A stretch of DNA of 37,210 nucleotides from IMG/VR virus record IMGVR_UViG_3300034357_000099, positions 1 through 37,210 of that record. One strand, given 5' to 3'. Origin of the DNA: a virus (lineage: Duplodnaviria; Caudoviricetes). The notes beneath the pieces are model-generated. The model saw only the letters and a list, made by a program, of their open reading frames with translations, searched no databases and was not told the origin of the DNA. Positions 1-8,177 of the stretch are shown piece by piece (positions within the stretch are counted from its first letter, which is position 1; every line of letters starts with the position of its first letter). A program made the position numbers and the translations under genes.

Positions 1-127
1 ATCTGTGGAGCCATGCGTGCAGCGCCAAAGTCTGTGTTGAGGTTAAACTCTGCGTCTTGTGGTGCGCCTACCCATTCAGCCATCCAGTTAAGCGAACGCT
101 CAATGGCATCCGATGCCGAGCGGCTAA
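1..127. repeat. Terminal direct repeat, left copy (circular assembly overlap)
   Basis: Bases 1-127 are identical to 37084-37210. 127 is a common assembler k-mer size and the portal ORF continues in frame across the join. Confidence 0.95.
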
Positions 128-1289
128 TAGATGCAAGCACTGACCTCTCACCCGCAGTCCGCAGCTCTAATGTGCCAAAGGCTTCTGCTGTGCGCTTATC
201 GTCGGCAAGCATCCGTGCGCCAAGCACTGCCATGCGCTGTTCTTTGTCCTTGAGCGCCTGTTGAAGCGTCTTTAGGCCATCGCCCTTAAACTCTAGGTAT
301 TCAGCCTTAGCGGATGGGTCAGGGAATACCCATGCCGTCATTGAGCCAATGGAAAGCGTTTGGCCCTCTGCTAACTGAACACCAGCAACGTAAGGGGTTG
401 GCAAGCCAGTGAAGTGCAAGCCATGCTCATAGTCTGCGCTGTTGCGGTAGTGAGCAAGGTTAGTGTCCACTAAGTCAAGCAATGGTGGCTTAGTCACTGT
501 GGTTGACGCGCTGTTAGCCCCAAGCACTGTGAACGGGATGTAGCGCATTGGCTGGCCCTGTTGCAGCGGGTAGACTTCTTGCAGCAGTTCGTTGTTGTCG
601 TTTATGATGCGGACGCGATAGCCTTGCTCCGTAAGGTCAAGCACCCGATAGCGTATCACTTCTTCAGACGTAAATTCGTCTTGGTAAACTTCCGCAGCCT
701 CACGCAGCACCACAAGCGTCAGCGTTTCAGCGCCGTTGATGTAGTTTGTGCGCCAGTTAATAATGCTTTCTGCTGAATACCACCGCAGGAATGGGCGGAC
801 GTTCATTGCCTCTGCCGCTGCTACAGTCAGGTTAGTTGGCATATTAGATGGATAATCCACCATGATGCCTACGCGACCTACGGCAATCTGTTGCTCAACA
901 ACCTGTTCGCTAAACTCCCGAAGATTTGTGCCTGACAGCGTTATATCGTCAGTAAAGGCTTCAATGGCAGTTGGTAGCTTCCACGTTGGGTCTTTGCTGA
1001 ATATCATGCCTGTGAACGCATCTAGGGTGCGTCCAGTGGCGTTGAAGAAGCCAGCCCGTTCCTGATACGCAATATAGTCAGGGTCGGTCTGGTTAATCAA
1101 GCGAGGCAAATAGTCATTGCCTGTGTAGTCTGGGTTATACAAACTGCCAGCATACTTCGCGCCATACTGAACCTTAGCCCCGTATTTCACTTGCTGGATT
1201 AGTGCATCTCTGCCCTGTATAACGTCACGACAACGCTGCCATTTATAGCGGTTAGCGTCATATTCTTTGTGGGTGGTATCGACGGCCAT
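1..1289 (-). CDS. Portal protein (DUF4055-like), 5' part; continues at 37083-36843, about 509 aa in total
   Basis: ATG at 1289 directly after the TerL stop (MAVDTTHKEYDANRYKWQRCRDVIQG...). 1289+241 nt = 510 codons, in frame with the 36843-37166 ORF. Position after TerL is typical. Missed by the ORF track because of the contig edge. Confidence 0.88.
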   Translation of the reverse strand, partial: MAVDTTHKEYDANRYKWQRCRDVIQGRDALIQQVKYGAKVQYGAKYAGSLYNPDYTGNDYLPRLINQTDPDYIAYQERAGFFNATGRTLDAFTGMIFSKDPTWKLPTAIEAFTDDITLSGTNLREFSEQVVEQQIAVGRVGIMVDYPSNMPTNLTVAAAEAMNVRPFLRWYSAESIINWRTNYINGAETLTLVVLREAAEVYQDEFTSEEVIRYRVLDLTEQGYRVRIINDNNELLQEVYPLQQGQPMRYIPFTVLGANSASTTVTKPPLLDLVDTNLAHYRNSADYEHGLHFTGLPTPYVAGVQLAEGQTLSIGSMTAWVFPDPSAKAEYLEFKGDGLKTLQQALKDKEQRMAVLGARMLADDKRTAEAFGTLELRTAGERSVLASISRSASDAIERSLNWMAEWVGAPQDAEFNLNTDFGAARMAPQ

Positions 1290-2543
1290 CTAAACCCCTG
1301 CGATTTGTGCAAATGAAACTGTTCCACGTCCAATACCATACTTATACGCAATAAGGTAGCCAATGGCATCGTTTAAGTGGTCTAGCCCTGTAGTTTTATC
1401 TGGTTCGCCTGTTTTATTGTATGCTTGGCGCTCCAAACCTTCAACTAAATTGGGGCATTTGTCGGGGTTTACCAACAATCTACGGACGCCCTGATTATGG
1501 ATTATTTGGTTCAGTGCCATCACCCTATCTTTAACTGCTGGGTTTTTATTGGGAGCCAGCACAGTGAAGCCAGCCGAGCGCAGCAAGGTTATATCCGATA
1601 GGCTTGCGTTGACGCTCTTGGTGGCCCCGCCTGACGCATCTGGGTAGACTGTGATGGCATGGCCTTGGTAACGCTCTATCAGCGCCCTAATCATCGTAGG
1701 CGTGTCCCTGACGCCTGTTAGCTCATCAAGGGCTAGTGGATTGCCATTGCGGATGACGCAGACGATGGCGCTCATGTTGTTGACGTTGAAGTCTAGCCCG
1801 ATATGCAAAGGCTCCCTTGGCTGTATGTGCTCAAAGGTAATGTTTAGCTTGCGGTCAAACTCTGGGTAAACGCTGCCAGCCGTTAGGTTGACAAACTCGC
1901 CATCCAAATATGCGGACAATAGGCTTGTGGAATATGTTGCCTGTAAGTTCTTTATGTAATCCTCTGGCAAGTTGGCTGCGTTATCAGCGGTCTTGGCCTT
2001 ATACAGCGCATAGCCTTCAGCCTTGTTCTTTACCCAGCGGTCATAGACGAAGCGGAAGCCTTCTGGCGTTGTCGCAACGCCAACTGTGTTGCGGACAGGC
2101 TTACCAGATACAGTGAAAGCCTTTTGGCGGTTACGCGCAATAATCTTGTTCCAAACTGCACGGGCCTTTTCTAGCGGCAGCGTGTCAAGCTCATCCACTA
2201 TGCTGTGCGCCACCTCATAACCAACGATGCGGTCAGGTTGTTCCATGTTGCGAAAGATGATGCGGCCTAGTTCCGTTTCCATGACAGCCTTTTGCTGGTT
2301 CAGCTTGAACGGGATGCCGTTACGCTCAAACAAAGCGGGGAAGCGTTGAAAAGCAATATCCTCAATCAGCGGATAGGTAGGCAAATAATATGCAACATCT
2401 TGATATGGACAGTATCGCTTGAGGCGCATTAGTCGCGCTATACCAGCCGCAGTCTTACCAGAACCAAAGCCGCCAACAAAGGCGGGGAATGGCACTTCGC
2501 TATATATAAAATCATGCTGGCTGGTGGTAAACTTCAAAGCCAA
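1290..2543 (-). CDS. terL: Terminase large subunit
   Basis: Walker A GGFGSGKT, Walker B IVDE, nuclease motifs GLDFN and DHLNDA; lies between TerS and portal. Confidence 0.95.
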   Translation of the reverse strand: MALKFTTSQHDFIYSEVPFPAFVGGFGSGKTAAGIARLMRLKRYCPYQDVAYYLPTYPLIEDIAFQRFPALFERNGIPFKLNQQKAVMETELGRIIFRNMEQPDRIVGYEVAHSIVDELDTLPLEKARAVWNKIIARNRQKAFTVSGKPVRNTVGVATTPEGFRFVYDRWVKNKAEGYALYKAKTADNAANLPEDYIKNLQATYSTSLLSAYLDGEFVNLTAGSVYPEFDRKLNITFEHIQPREPLHIGLDFNVNNMSAIVCVIRNGNPLALDELTGVRDTPTMIRALIERYQGHAITVYPDASGGATKSVNASLSDITLLRSAGFTVLAPNKNPAVKDRVMALNQIIHNQGVRRLLVNPDKCPNLVEGLERQAYNKTGEPDKTTGLDHLNDAIGYLIAYKYGIGRGTVSFAQIAGV

Positions 2544-2926
2544 TCTTCATCCGTGATGGGCTTAAACTTTAGGTCAACTGATAGCTTAGTTGGCTCGTTA
2601 TAGCCGTGCATGATGTTAAGCTCTTTAACCGCAGCCGTCATGCCTGTTGAGGTCTTGGCCTCCAGTGCAATTTTATAGGCGCTCATCAAGCCTTTAACGG
2701 ACATTTCGCGTGTCCATAGCTGCTTCTCAACCACTTGCGATTTTAGTTCAGCAACTCTTGCTGCAACCTTGCTGTTGCTCATTAGCCGCGAAGCGTTGGG
2801 GTAAACAGTCGCATCCTTCATCTGTTCGGCGTCATAAGCCATGCGATAAGCGTCCGCTTGCCCTAAGCCATCAGCTATAGCTTGGGCGAAAGCTTCTTGC
2901 TTTGCGGTTAGTTTAATTTCAGCCAT
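2534..2926 (-). CDS. terS: Terminase small subunit
   Basis: N-terminal LTAKQEAFAQ...AYRMAY...ASRL helix-turn-helix pattern typical of TerS; overlaps the TerL start. Confidence 0.88.
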   Translation of the reverse strand: MAEIKLTAKQEAFAQAIADGLGQADAYRMAYDAEQMKDATVYPNASRLMSNSKVAARVAELKSQVVEKQLWTREMSVKGLMSAYKIALEAKTSTGMTAAVKELNIMHGYNEPTKLSVDLKFKPITDEDWL

Positions 2927-2941
2927 TGCTTTGTATGTATC

Positions 2942-3721
2942 CTATAAGTTTGCGAACGATTTGAGCGCATACCACACATGAGAATTACGATAGCCGTTTT
3001 TATGCGTTGGAATGATTGGAGTGACGCCGTGCATATTTCGCCAAGCTGGATATACTAACATTGAATTGTCTGTCTGGTCAAATGTCGCCCCATAATCAGG
3101 AACGTGCAAATTCCCTCCAGTGCTATTCCTGCGCTTAGTGATGATGATGTTGATTGCACCCTTCACGTTGGCATGGTCTTGGTGAATGGGTGCGGAGATA
3201 TTGCAGTTGCTAATGGTTGAGCTAAAGTGCTTAGCGAAGCGCCATTCTTCAGGTATTTTCTGTGCTACTTGCTCCAGATGCGTTTTGGCAACGCTGGGAA
3301 TGTATTGCTCCACCAGTTCAAAAGCCTTTATTCCAGCAGCATTCATAGCCCTAGCAAATGTCTGCGCTGATTTTACGCCATGAACAGATGAGCGTGAGGC
3401 ATACGGCCTACGCATATGTGGCTTGGGTGGGCATGAGCCAAGGATTGTGCTGTATTGCTTCACTTCCGCCTCAGCGTTATGCAAACCAGATGAGCGCCGC
3501 ATTTCCGATTTAGGGACGCGACTAGTTTGTATTTCAGCATCAGCGATATTGATGAGGTTCTGTAAATCGTCTGGCAGCGTTCGTAAGTATAATCCTACTT
3601 CACTACCATCTGGGTCTACAAGGACGCAATCTTCAGTAACATTTGGCTCCAATCCCTCTGGTTGGCTACCAATGCCTATAAGCCTCTGAATAGGCGTCAA
3701 GGTGAGTTTAGGTAATGTCAT
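2942..3721 (-). CDS. 2OG-Fe(II) dioxygenase, TET/JBP-like (candidate methylpyrimidine oxidase)
   Basis: FSSTISNCNISAPIHQD (HxD), GGNLHVPDY, MHGVTP (distal His) and YRNS (2OG-binding RxS) follow the TET/JBP double-stranded beta-helix pattern. Confidence 0.8.
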   Translation of the reverse strand: MTLPKLTLTPIQRLIGIGSQPEGLEPNVTEDCVLVDPDGSEVGLYLRTLPDDLQNLINIADAEIQTSRVPKSEMRRSSGLHNAEAEVKQYSTILGSCPPKPHMRRPYASRSSVHGVKSAQTFARAMNAAGIKAFELVEQYIPSVAKTHLEQVAQKIPEEWRFAKHFSSTISNCNISAPIHQDHANVKGAINIIITKRRNSTGGNLHVPDYGATFDQTDNSMLVYPAWRNMHGVTPIIPTHKNGYRNSHVWYALKSFANL

Positions 3722-4413
3722 TTGGCGAAACAGAAAACATTAGTGCACGCAGGGAACCAGCTTTTTTGCCACATCGTTTCCCGTTGGTCATCATAACAAA
3801 ATCTGTGCATTTCACCCTCAATACGATAGTCTTCTTTCTGCTTATCAATGACATTCCATAACCTGACCAATGACGGGTCAATATCGAAAGACCATTCGTA
3901 AACTAGCTTCCGAAATTTAGCCTTGGTGTTTTCTAAAATTGGCATTTCTGCGCCCTCAATATCCATCTTACAACCGTCAAAGCCGATGGCCTCATTATCG
4001 AAATTTAAACAAGGGACTTTGATAGCTTTTTCATTCCATTTTCTGACAATAGAATTGCGCCATACTTGGCTATTATTGCCTATGTATAGAATTACGCTTT
4101 CACGGTCATCATGCACCAATGCTGCCTGTTTAATATCTGCCTTAAACCCATTAAGCCGAAGGTTCTTTGCTATCATGTCGCAATTAAACTCATCTGGCTC
4201 ATAGACCGTTACCTCTGCGCCAAGTGCACAGGCAAGCAAAGTGAACGCCCCCACATTGCCTCCGCAATCCATCCATCGTTCTTCTGGTCTAATATCTAGA
4301 CCACGCTTTAGGTAAGTCTTGCGGCCAATGACTTCCTCGAAAGTTTTTAGGTCGCTGAAACCAGTGCGATGATAGAATTTAATCTTACCGATTGAACCTT
4401 GCTCTAATTTCAT
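3718..4413 (-). CDS. FkbM-family SAM-dependent methyltransferase
   Basis: WMDCGGNVGAF (motif I), VYEP and KMDIEGAE are FkbM signatures. ATGA overlaps with both neighbours. Confidence 0.85.
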   Translation of the reverse strand: MKLEQGSIGKIKFYHRTGFSDLKTFEEVIGRKTYLKRGLDIRPEERWMDCGGNVGAFTLLACALGAEVTVYEPDEFNCDMIAKNLRLNGFKADIKQAALVHDDRESVILYIGNNSQVWRNSIVRKWNEKAIKVPCLNFDNEAIGFDGCKMDIEGAEMPILENTKAKFRKLVYEWSFDIDPSLVRLWNVIDKQKEDYRIEGEMHRFCYDDQRETMWQKSWFPACTNVFCFAK

Positions 4414-4997
4414 GCCGACAAAGCCTCAATTAATTTTAGGCCAACATATTCGCCACGCTTGCGTGCAGCATCAACCAAGTCTTTCGCTTTCTGATAATCT
4501 TCAGCTTGAAACTCAATCTGTATAGCCTTCATAACTCCACTTGCTAAATCAGCAGTTGGGTCATCCAAATCATCAAGCGCCGAATAATCAGGCTCTTTGG
4601 CGAAAGTTGGAATATCATCGCCCCAGCCAAGCAACGAAATATCGAAGTCAAGCTCCAGCAATGCCTCTAATTCGGATTGCAGCAAATTGTCATCCCAATC
4701 AGCGGTTAATGCTAGTTGGTTGTCAGCAATCACCAAAGCCCTGCGCTGCGCCTCACTTAAATGGTCAAGGACTATTACAGGAACCTCCACCATACCAAGT
4801 TTTCTTGCCGCAAGCGTCCTTGCATGGCCAGCGATGATGGTATCGCCAGCATCAATCAAAATGGGGTTTGTCCATCCAAACTCTTTGATGCTTGCGGCTA
4901 TCTGCGCCACCTGTGTATCGCTGTGGGTGCGACTGTTAGCTGCGTAAGGTATTAGGTCAGCAACAAGGCGCTGTTCAATCTTTGGTGCGTCTATCAT
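4410..4997 (-). CDS. ParB/Srx N-terminal domain protein, without a fused methylase
   Basis: LIPYAANSRTH...IAASIKEFGWTNPILID...IIAGHARTLAARKLG...IADN is the phage ParB-like domain; short acidic linker and small C-terminal domain. Confidence 0.88.
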   Translation of the reverse strand: MIDAPKIEQRLVADLIPYAANSRTHSDTQVAQIAASIKEFGWTNPILIDAGDTIIAGHARTLAARKLGMVEVPVIVLDHLSEAQRRALVIADNQLALTADWDDNLLQSELEALLELDFDISLLGWGDDIPTFAKEPDYSALDDLDDPTADLASGVMKAIQIEFQAEDYQKAKDLVDAARKRGEYVGLKLIEALSA

Positions 4998-5223
4998 TTA
5001 TTTCGCTTTCATGTTCACATAGCTTGGCAAGGTAGTGCTGGCACTTTAACAAATCCTCAATACCGTTCTTATCACGATAGCGAGATAAATACTTTATGCA
5101 ATTACCTTGCAAATATCCTGCAAATGCTTCCGCTGACATCCATGCTTCCATTGCTTGCCAAGGCTGGACAGACTTAAATGCATAATGGTCTCCGCCCACT
5201 TGATGTGAATTAATATCCTCCAT
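4975..5223 (-). CDS. DUF3310 family protein
   Basis: QVGGDHY...GNCIKYLSRYRDKNGIEDLLKCQHYL signature. Start moved to the ATG at 5223. Confidence 0.85.
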   Translation of the reverse strand: MEDINSHQVGGDHYAFKSVQPWQAMEAWMSAEAFAGYLQGNCIKYLSRYRDKNGIEDLLKCQHYLAKLCEHESEINDRRTKD

Positions 5224-5437
5224 CAAGCATATCCTCTTCACCATATCCAAATGGGTCGTAACCCTTCATCATAGCGTCTACGGCTACCATAATAGGCCCA
5301 GTGATGTTGACCTTGCCAGCCTCCATCTTGCGTATGGTTGTCGCCCCTGTTGTCGGTGACAGGCGTAGTGCGTCGGCCATATCTGTCAGGCTATAGCCTA
5401 AATACATTCTGGCTAGTTTAAGCTTTGATGGTGTCAT
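5210..5437 (-). CDS. XRE-like HTH DNA-binding protein
   Basis: LKLARMYLGYSLTDMADAL...TIRKMEAG...ITGP pattern. Confidence 0.75.
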   Translation of the reverse strand: MTPSKLKLARMYLGYSLTDMADALRLSPTTGATTIRKMEAGKVNITGPIMVAVDAMMKGYDPFGYGEEDMLDGGY

Positions 5438-6183
5438 GTTATTCCCTTAATATCTTGCTCTGCGATGTGACAAAGAAAATCGCACCTTGGCGCTATTGCT
5501 TGAGTAGTAGGCCAATCATCTGGCAGCTCATCAAGAAACTTCCGCTCATCGTTAACGCGAACCAATCTAGAACCGAACCGCCTTGATTGCTCTGCACGTT
5601 TGTTGAATGTATCAGGAAATTCCTTCCTAACCAGTGACCAGTAGTTTGGGCTAGTTGCCTTTACGCACCCAATACAATTAGCGTTAGGAAAACCCATTGC
5701 ATAAATGCGAGGCGGAGCGATGTTAGCACGTTCAATCATTGACAAGCACGCTTCTTTTGTCAGTCCCTTTTCAATCAACGGTGCGCGTTGCTTCATTTCT
5801 GGATAGGTGTCGCGCATTCTTTCCCAGCGTTTAACGTCTGAGCTATCAGCGGTATATCCCCACAAATGAGTATCACTTGGCAACTGGAAGTCTAGTCTAG
5901 GGGCAACCTTCATTTCTGAAGTGCATGGTGCGCCAGCAATCCCAGAATGGTATTTCCGCTTTTCAAACACAGCATCAATTCCGTCAAATTTGCCAACAAT
6001 GTGAATTATAGGCTTTCCGAACCATTCGACGCATTCATTTGTAAATCTGCGATTGTCAAAATCTTCGCTGTTGCCCAAATCGCATTGAACTGGAATGACT
6101 TGTGGATTTTCTAGCAGCGCAATCTTTGTCATAACGGCACTGGCAGCGCCAGATGAAAACCAAGCAATAGTTCTATGCGTCAT
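5434..6183 (-). CDS. PAPS-reductase-like / PP-loop family protein with Cys clusters
   Basis: N-terminal WFSSGAASAV (degenerate SGGKDS PP-loop), PCTSEMK, RAPLIE, GFPNANCIGCVKA and C-terminal CDFLC. Confidence 0.75.
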   Translation of the reverse strand: MTHRTIAWFSSGAASAVMTKIALLENPQVIPVQCDLGNSEDFDNRRFTNECVEWFGKPIIHIVGKFDGIDAVFEKRKYHSGIAGAPCTSEMKVAPRLDFQLPSDTHLWGYTADSSDVKRWERMRDTYPEMKQRAPLIEKGLTKEACLSMIERANIAPPRIYAMGFPNANCIGCVKATSPNYWSLVRKEFPDTFNKRAEQSRRFGSRLVRVNDERKFLDELPDDWPTTQAIAPRCDFLCHIAEQDIKGIT

Positions 6184-6209
6184 TATACTCGCCCTTCAAT
6201 TTAGCCAAT

Positions 6210-6557
6210 TTAAGCTTTTATGGCGTCATGAGGCCATCCTTCTAATTTGTATCTAGCCAAAGCTTTAATTTCTTCCTGCTCATGCTTTTTTAGCGCATGG
6301 CATATGGTGGAATGGTCGCGCAGCATAATTCGCCCAATTTCTGTGGTTGAATAGTTCCTATCCCTAAGCATTACAACGCATTTGCGCCTAACTTCTACCA
6401 GCGCCTTGAGTTTGCTTTTGCCTAAAACGTCCTCAACTGTGTAACCATACAATTTGGCGATGGCTTCTATTCGCATCATGTTTGATTGCCTTGGCGTCAT
6501 CCCTAGCGTGTCAACCAGCACTTCTTCTTCTTCCCAGCTTAAATCATCTTCAAACAT
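6210..6557 (-). CDS. DnaA C-terminal (domain IV)-like DNA-binding protein
   Basis: IAKLYGYTVEDVLGKSK...VEVRR...YSTTEIGRIMLRDHSTICHA resembles the DnaA domain IV signature (S.PEIG..F.RDHTTV.HA). Confidence 0.8.
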   Translation of the reverse strand: MFEDDLSWEEEEVLVDTLGMTPRQSNMMRIEAIAKLYGYTVEDVLGKSKLKALVEVRRKCVVMLRDRNYSTTEIGRIMLRDHSTICHALKKHEQEEIKALARYKLEGWPHDAIKA

Positions 6558-6558
6558 T

Positions 6559-6813
6559 TTAGCCTTCTTTCTGTCTTTTAATAACTACTGCCTCGTTGTA
6601 AATTTCATGGCAGATTTTGTCTATCGCCTCAATGCGGTCATAATGCTGTTTGCGGTCAGCCTTGCATTGTTCGTAATCGCCGTAGTCCCTGCCGTTAGGC
6701 GTAGCTTGTAGCAAAGCCTCAATAGCGTCCCGTAGATTGCTCCATGCTTTTAAGCGCGGGTTGATAAGGTCATCTGCGCTGGAACCGTTTATGTTTAGTG
6801 TTGGGGTTATCAT
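6559..6813 (-). CDS. Hypothetical protein
   Basis: 84 aa ORF coupled to its neighbours (ATGA overlap at 6810-6813). Confidence 0.65.
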   Translation of the reverse strand: MITPTLNINGSSADDLINPRLKAWSNLRDAIEALLQATPNGRDYGDYEQCKADRKQHYDRIEAIDKICHEIYNEAVVIKRQKEG

Positions 6814-7049
6814 GCTGCAAACTCCGCATCTAATTGACAGGCTTCAATGAAACGCTTGCGGTCAAAGTTGGAATTATCCAACTGTAATTCATAAGCAAGC
6901 CTGTGGGAAAGGGTTACGAGAGCGTCACGTTCACCATCCCTAATTGCTCGTGCGCGGTCTGTGAAATATTCGCTATCGCTATCAATAGCGATGTCGCGGC
7001 TAAATTGAGCGATAGTGTTTGCGATTAACTGATAATCTTTGCGTGTCAT
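6810..7049 (-). CDS. Hypothetical phage protein (MTRKDY...NFDRKRFIEAC type)
   Basis: GGAG RBS upstream; N- and C-terminal motifs recall a common small phage early protein. Confidence 0.7.
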   Translation of the reverse strand: MTRKDYQLIANTIAQFSRDIAIDSDSEYFTDRARAIRDGERDALVTLSHRLAYELQLDNSNFDRKRFIEACQLDAEFAA

Positions 7050-7089
7050 TTTACATCTCCGTATTGGCGAGGCTTGGCCTCTGGTGGGT

Positions 7090-7105
7090 GGGGGCCGAAG
7101 CCCCC
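7090..7105 (-). terminator. GC-rich hairpin with UUCG tetraloop (terminator or stabiliser)
   Basis: GGGGGC-TTCG-GCCCCC just after the 7112 stop. No U-tract on the - strand, so the role is uncertain. Confidence 0.5.
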
Positions 7106-7111
7106 TTTAAA

Positions 7112-7384
7112 TTATTCCGCTTCGATAATGTCGAAGATGGTGTCAACACCAAGGTCGCTCAACCAAAAAATATTGCCGTTACCTTCTTCATCGTCGCTGT
7201 AACCCATACCCTTATCTATAAGTGAACCAATCAGGGCAGCTACTTGCTTGTCATTCCAACCAAGTGCAGCCTTAAATTCTTTTTGACCACCGTTGCTGAA
7301 ATTGTCACAATGCTGTTCAGCACGGCTGTCATAGTTCAAGCAAAGCTTAAGGGCGGTGATTTCGTTGGCAGTCAATGTAGTCAT
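7112..7384 (-). CDS. Hypothetical protein, possible winged helix
   Basis: Start moved to the ATG at 7384 (MTTLTANE) behind a TAAGGA RBS; LGWNDKQVAALIGSLIDKG looks wHTH-like. Confidence 0.65.
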   Translation of the reverse strand: MTTLTANEITALKLCLNYDSRAEQHCDNFSNGGQKEFKAALGWNDKQVAALIGSLIDKGMGYSDDEEGNGNIFWLSDLGVDTIFDIIEAE

Positions 7385-7474
7385 GGTCGTTTTCCTTAAT
7401 GGCGGGGTAGAACCCCTGTGGTTGATTAGCAGTCTATGGACTATCTGAATTATAAAGAAAAGCGTTTTTTTCAT
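7382..7474 (-). promoter_or_regulatory. Promoter/leader element, copy B
   Basis: About 93 bp similar to 13228-13320: AAAAAAACGCTTTTCTTT ... hairpin-GCCA ... TAAGGAAAACGACCATG. Confidence 0.7.
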
Positions 7475-7489
7475 TATTTATGCATTATT

Positions 7490-7666
7490 TTAATTTTTCT
7501 GCCGTTTTGCGTGATTTATCGCTTCCAATGCCCATGCCTCTGGCGCTCCTGCATACTGGCCTTTGGCCCAATGCTTTCGGATGTCATCCATTGATAGCCT
7601 CCCAGATTGAAAGCGCATTAGGTCGCACATTAATCTGGTGGCTGCGCTAGGGCTATCCTTTACCAA
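7490..7666 (-). CDS. Small hypothetical protein (58 aa, not in ORF track)
   Basis: TTG start, MVKDSPSAATRLMCDL...HAKRQKN; fills the gap and overlaps the upstream stop. Confidence 0.5.
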   Translation of the reverse strand: MVKDSPSAATRLMCDLMRFQSGRLSMDDIRKHWAKGQYAGAPEAWALEAINHAKRQKN

Positions 7667-8177
7667 TTTGCAGGTTGCTCCGTAGCTCCGCTAATTCTTC
7701 AGCCGTCACATATTCCTGTGGTGGCGTGTAATCGCGGCGATGTATCATCAAAAGATGCTTGGCCCTGTAAAACTTTCTCCGTCTGTCATAACCCTCTTGT
7801 TGAGCAAGCGTATCTATTTCGGCTGGCGTAGGCATAAATTTGCAGGTGCGTAGCAGCTTAACAAATGCGCTGCGTAAATCTATCAGCGGATAAATTCGCA
7901 ATGCCAGCCAATAAAGTTCTAGGCGCTCCGTTTCTTCTTCCAGACTGCGCTTTTGACTAGCAGTGGCAAGCGCCAGCTTCGCAATCATTACCTCCACCTG
8001 TTCACGCTCTGGCATAGGTGGCTGCGGGGCATCTACAAACTGCTGCAATATCTCAGCAGACTTAGGCCCAATCGTCGGATAATCGTTGCCCATCAGCAGC
8101 TCGTTTAGCTTGGCTGGCAAGGACGGCTCTGACCATTGGGTTGGTTGGCTCTGTTGAATGTTGGCTATTTCTTGCAT
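7653..8177 (-). CDS. Replication accessory protein (possible helicase loader)
   Basis: Directly downstream of the initiator; LELYWLAL...AF..LLRTCKFMPTPAEI resembles phage loader-type motifs. Start uncertain (8177 or 8207). Confidence 0.5.
   Translation of the reverse strand: MQEIANIQQSQPTQWSEPSLPAKLNELLMGNDYPTIGPKSAEILQQFVDAPQPPMPEREQVEVMIAKLALATASQKRSLEEETERLELYWLALRIYPLIDLRSAFVKLLRTCKFMPTPAEIDTLAQQEGYDRRRKFYRAKHLLMIHRRDYTPPQEYVTAEELAELRSNLQIGKG

Noticed and set aside
1-127. Terminal repeat as a biological direct terminal repeat or att site
   Set aside because: It is exactly 127 nt and falls mid-portal gene, which fits an assembler k-mer overlap.
3718-4413. Ordinary DNA adenine or cytosine methyltransferase
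   Set aside because: No DPPY/NPPY/SPPY or PCQ/ENV motif; the signatures are FkbM-type.
4410-4997. Plasmid-prophage partition system
   Set aside because: No ParA, no parS array and no central HTH; the context is the terminase-adjacent modification locus.
5434-6183. Complete Dnd/Ssp phosphorothioation system or a sulfur-assimilation auxiliary gene
   Set aside because: No DndD/DndE, SspB/SspC or cysteine desulfurase is present and the PP-loop is degenerate; kept only as an open finding.
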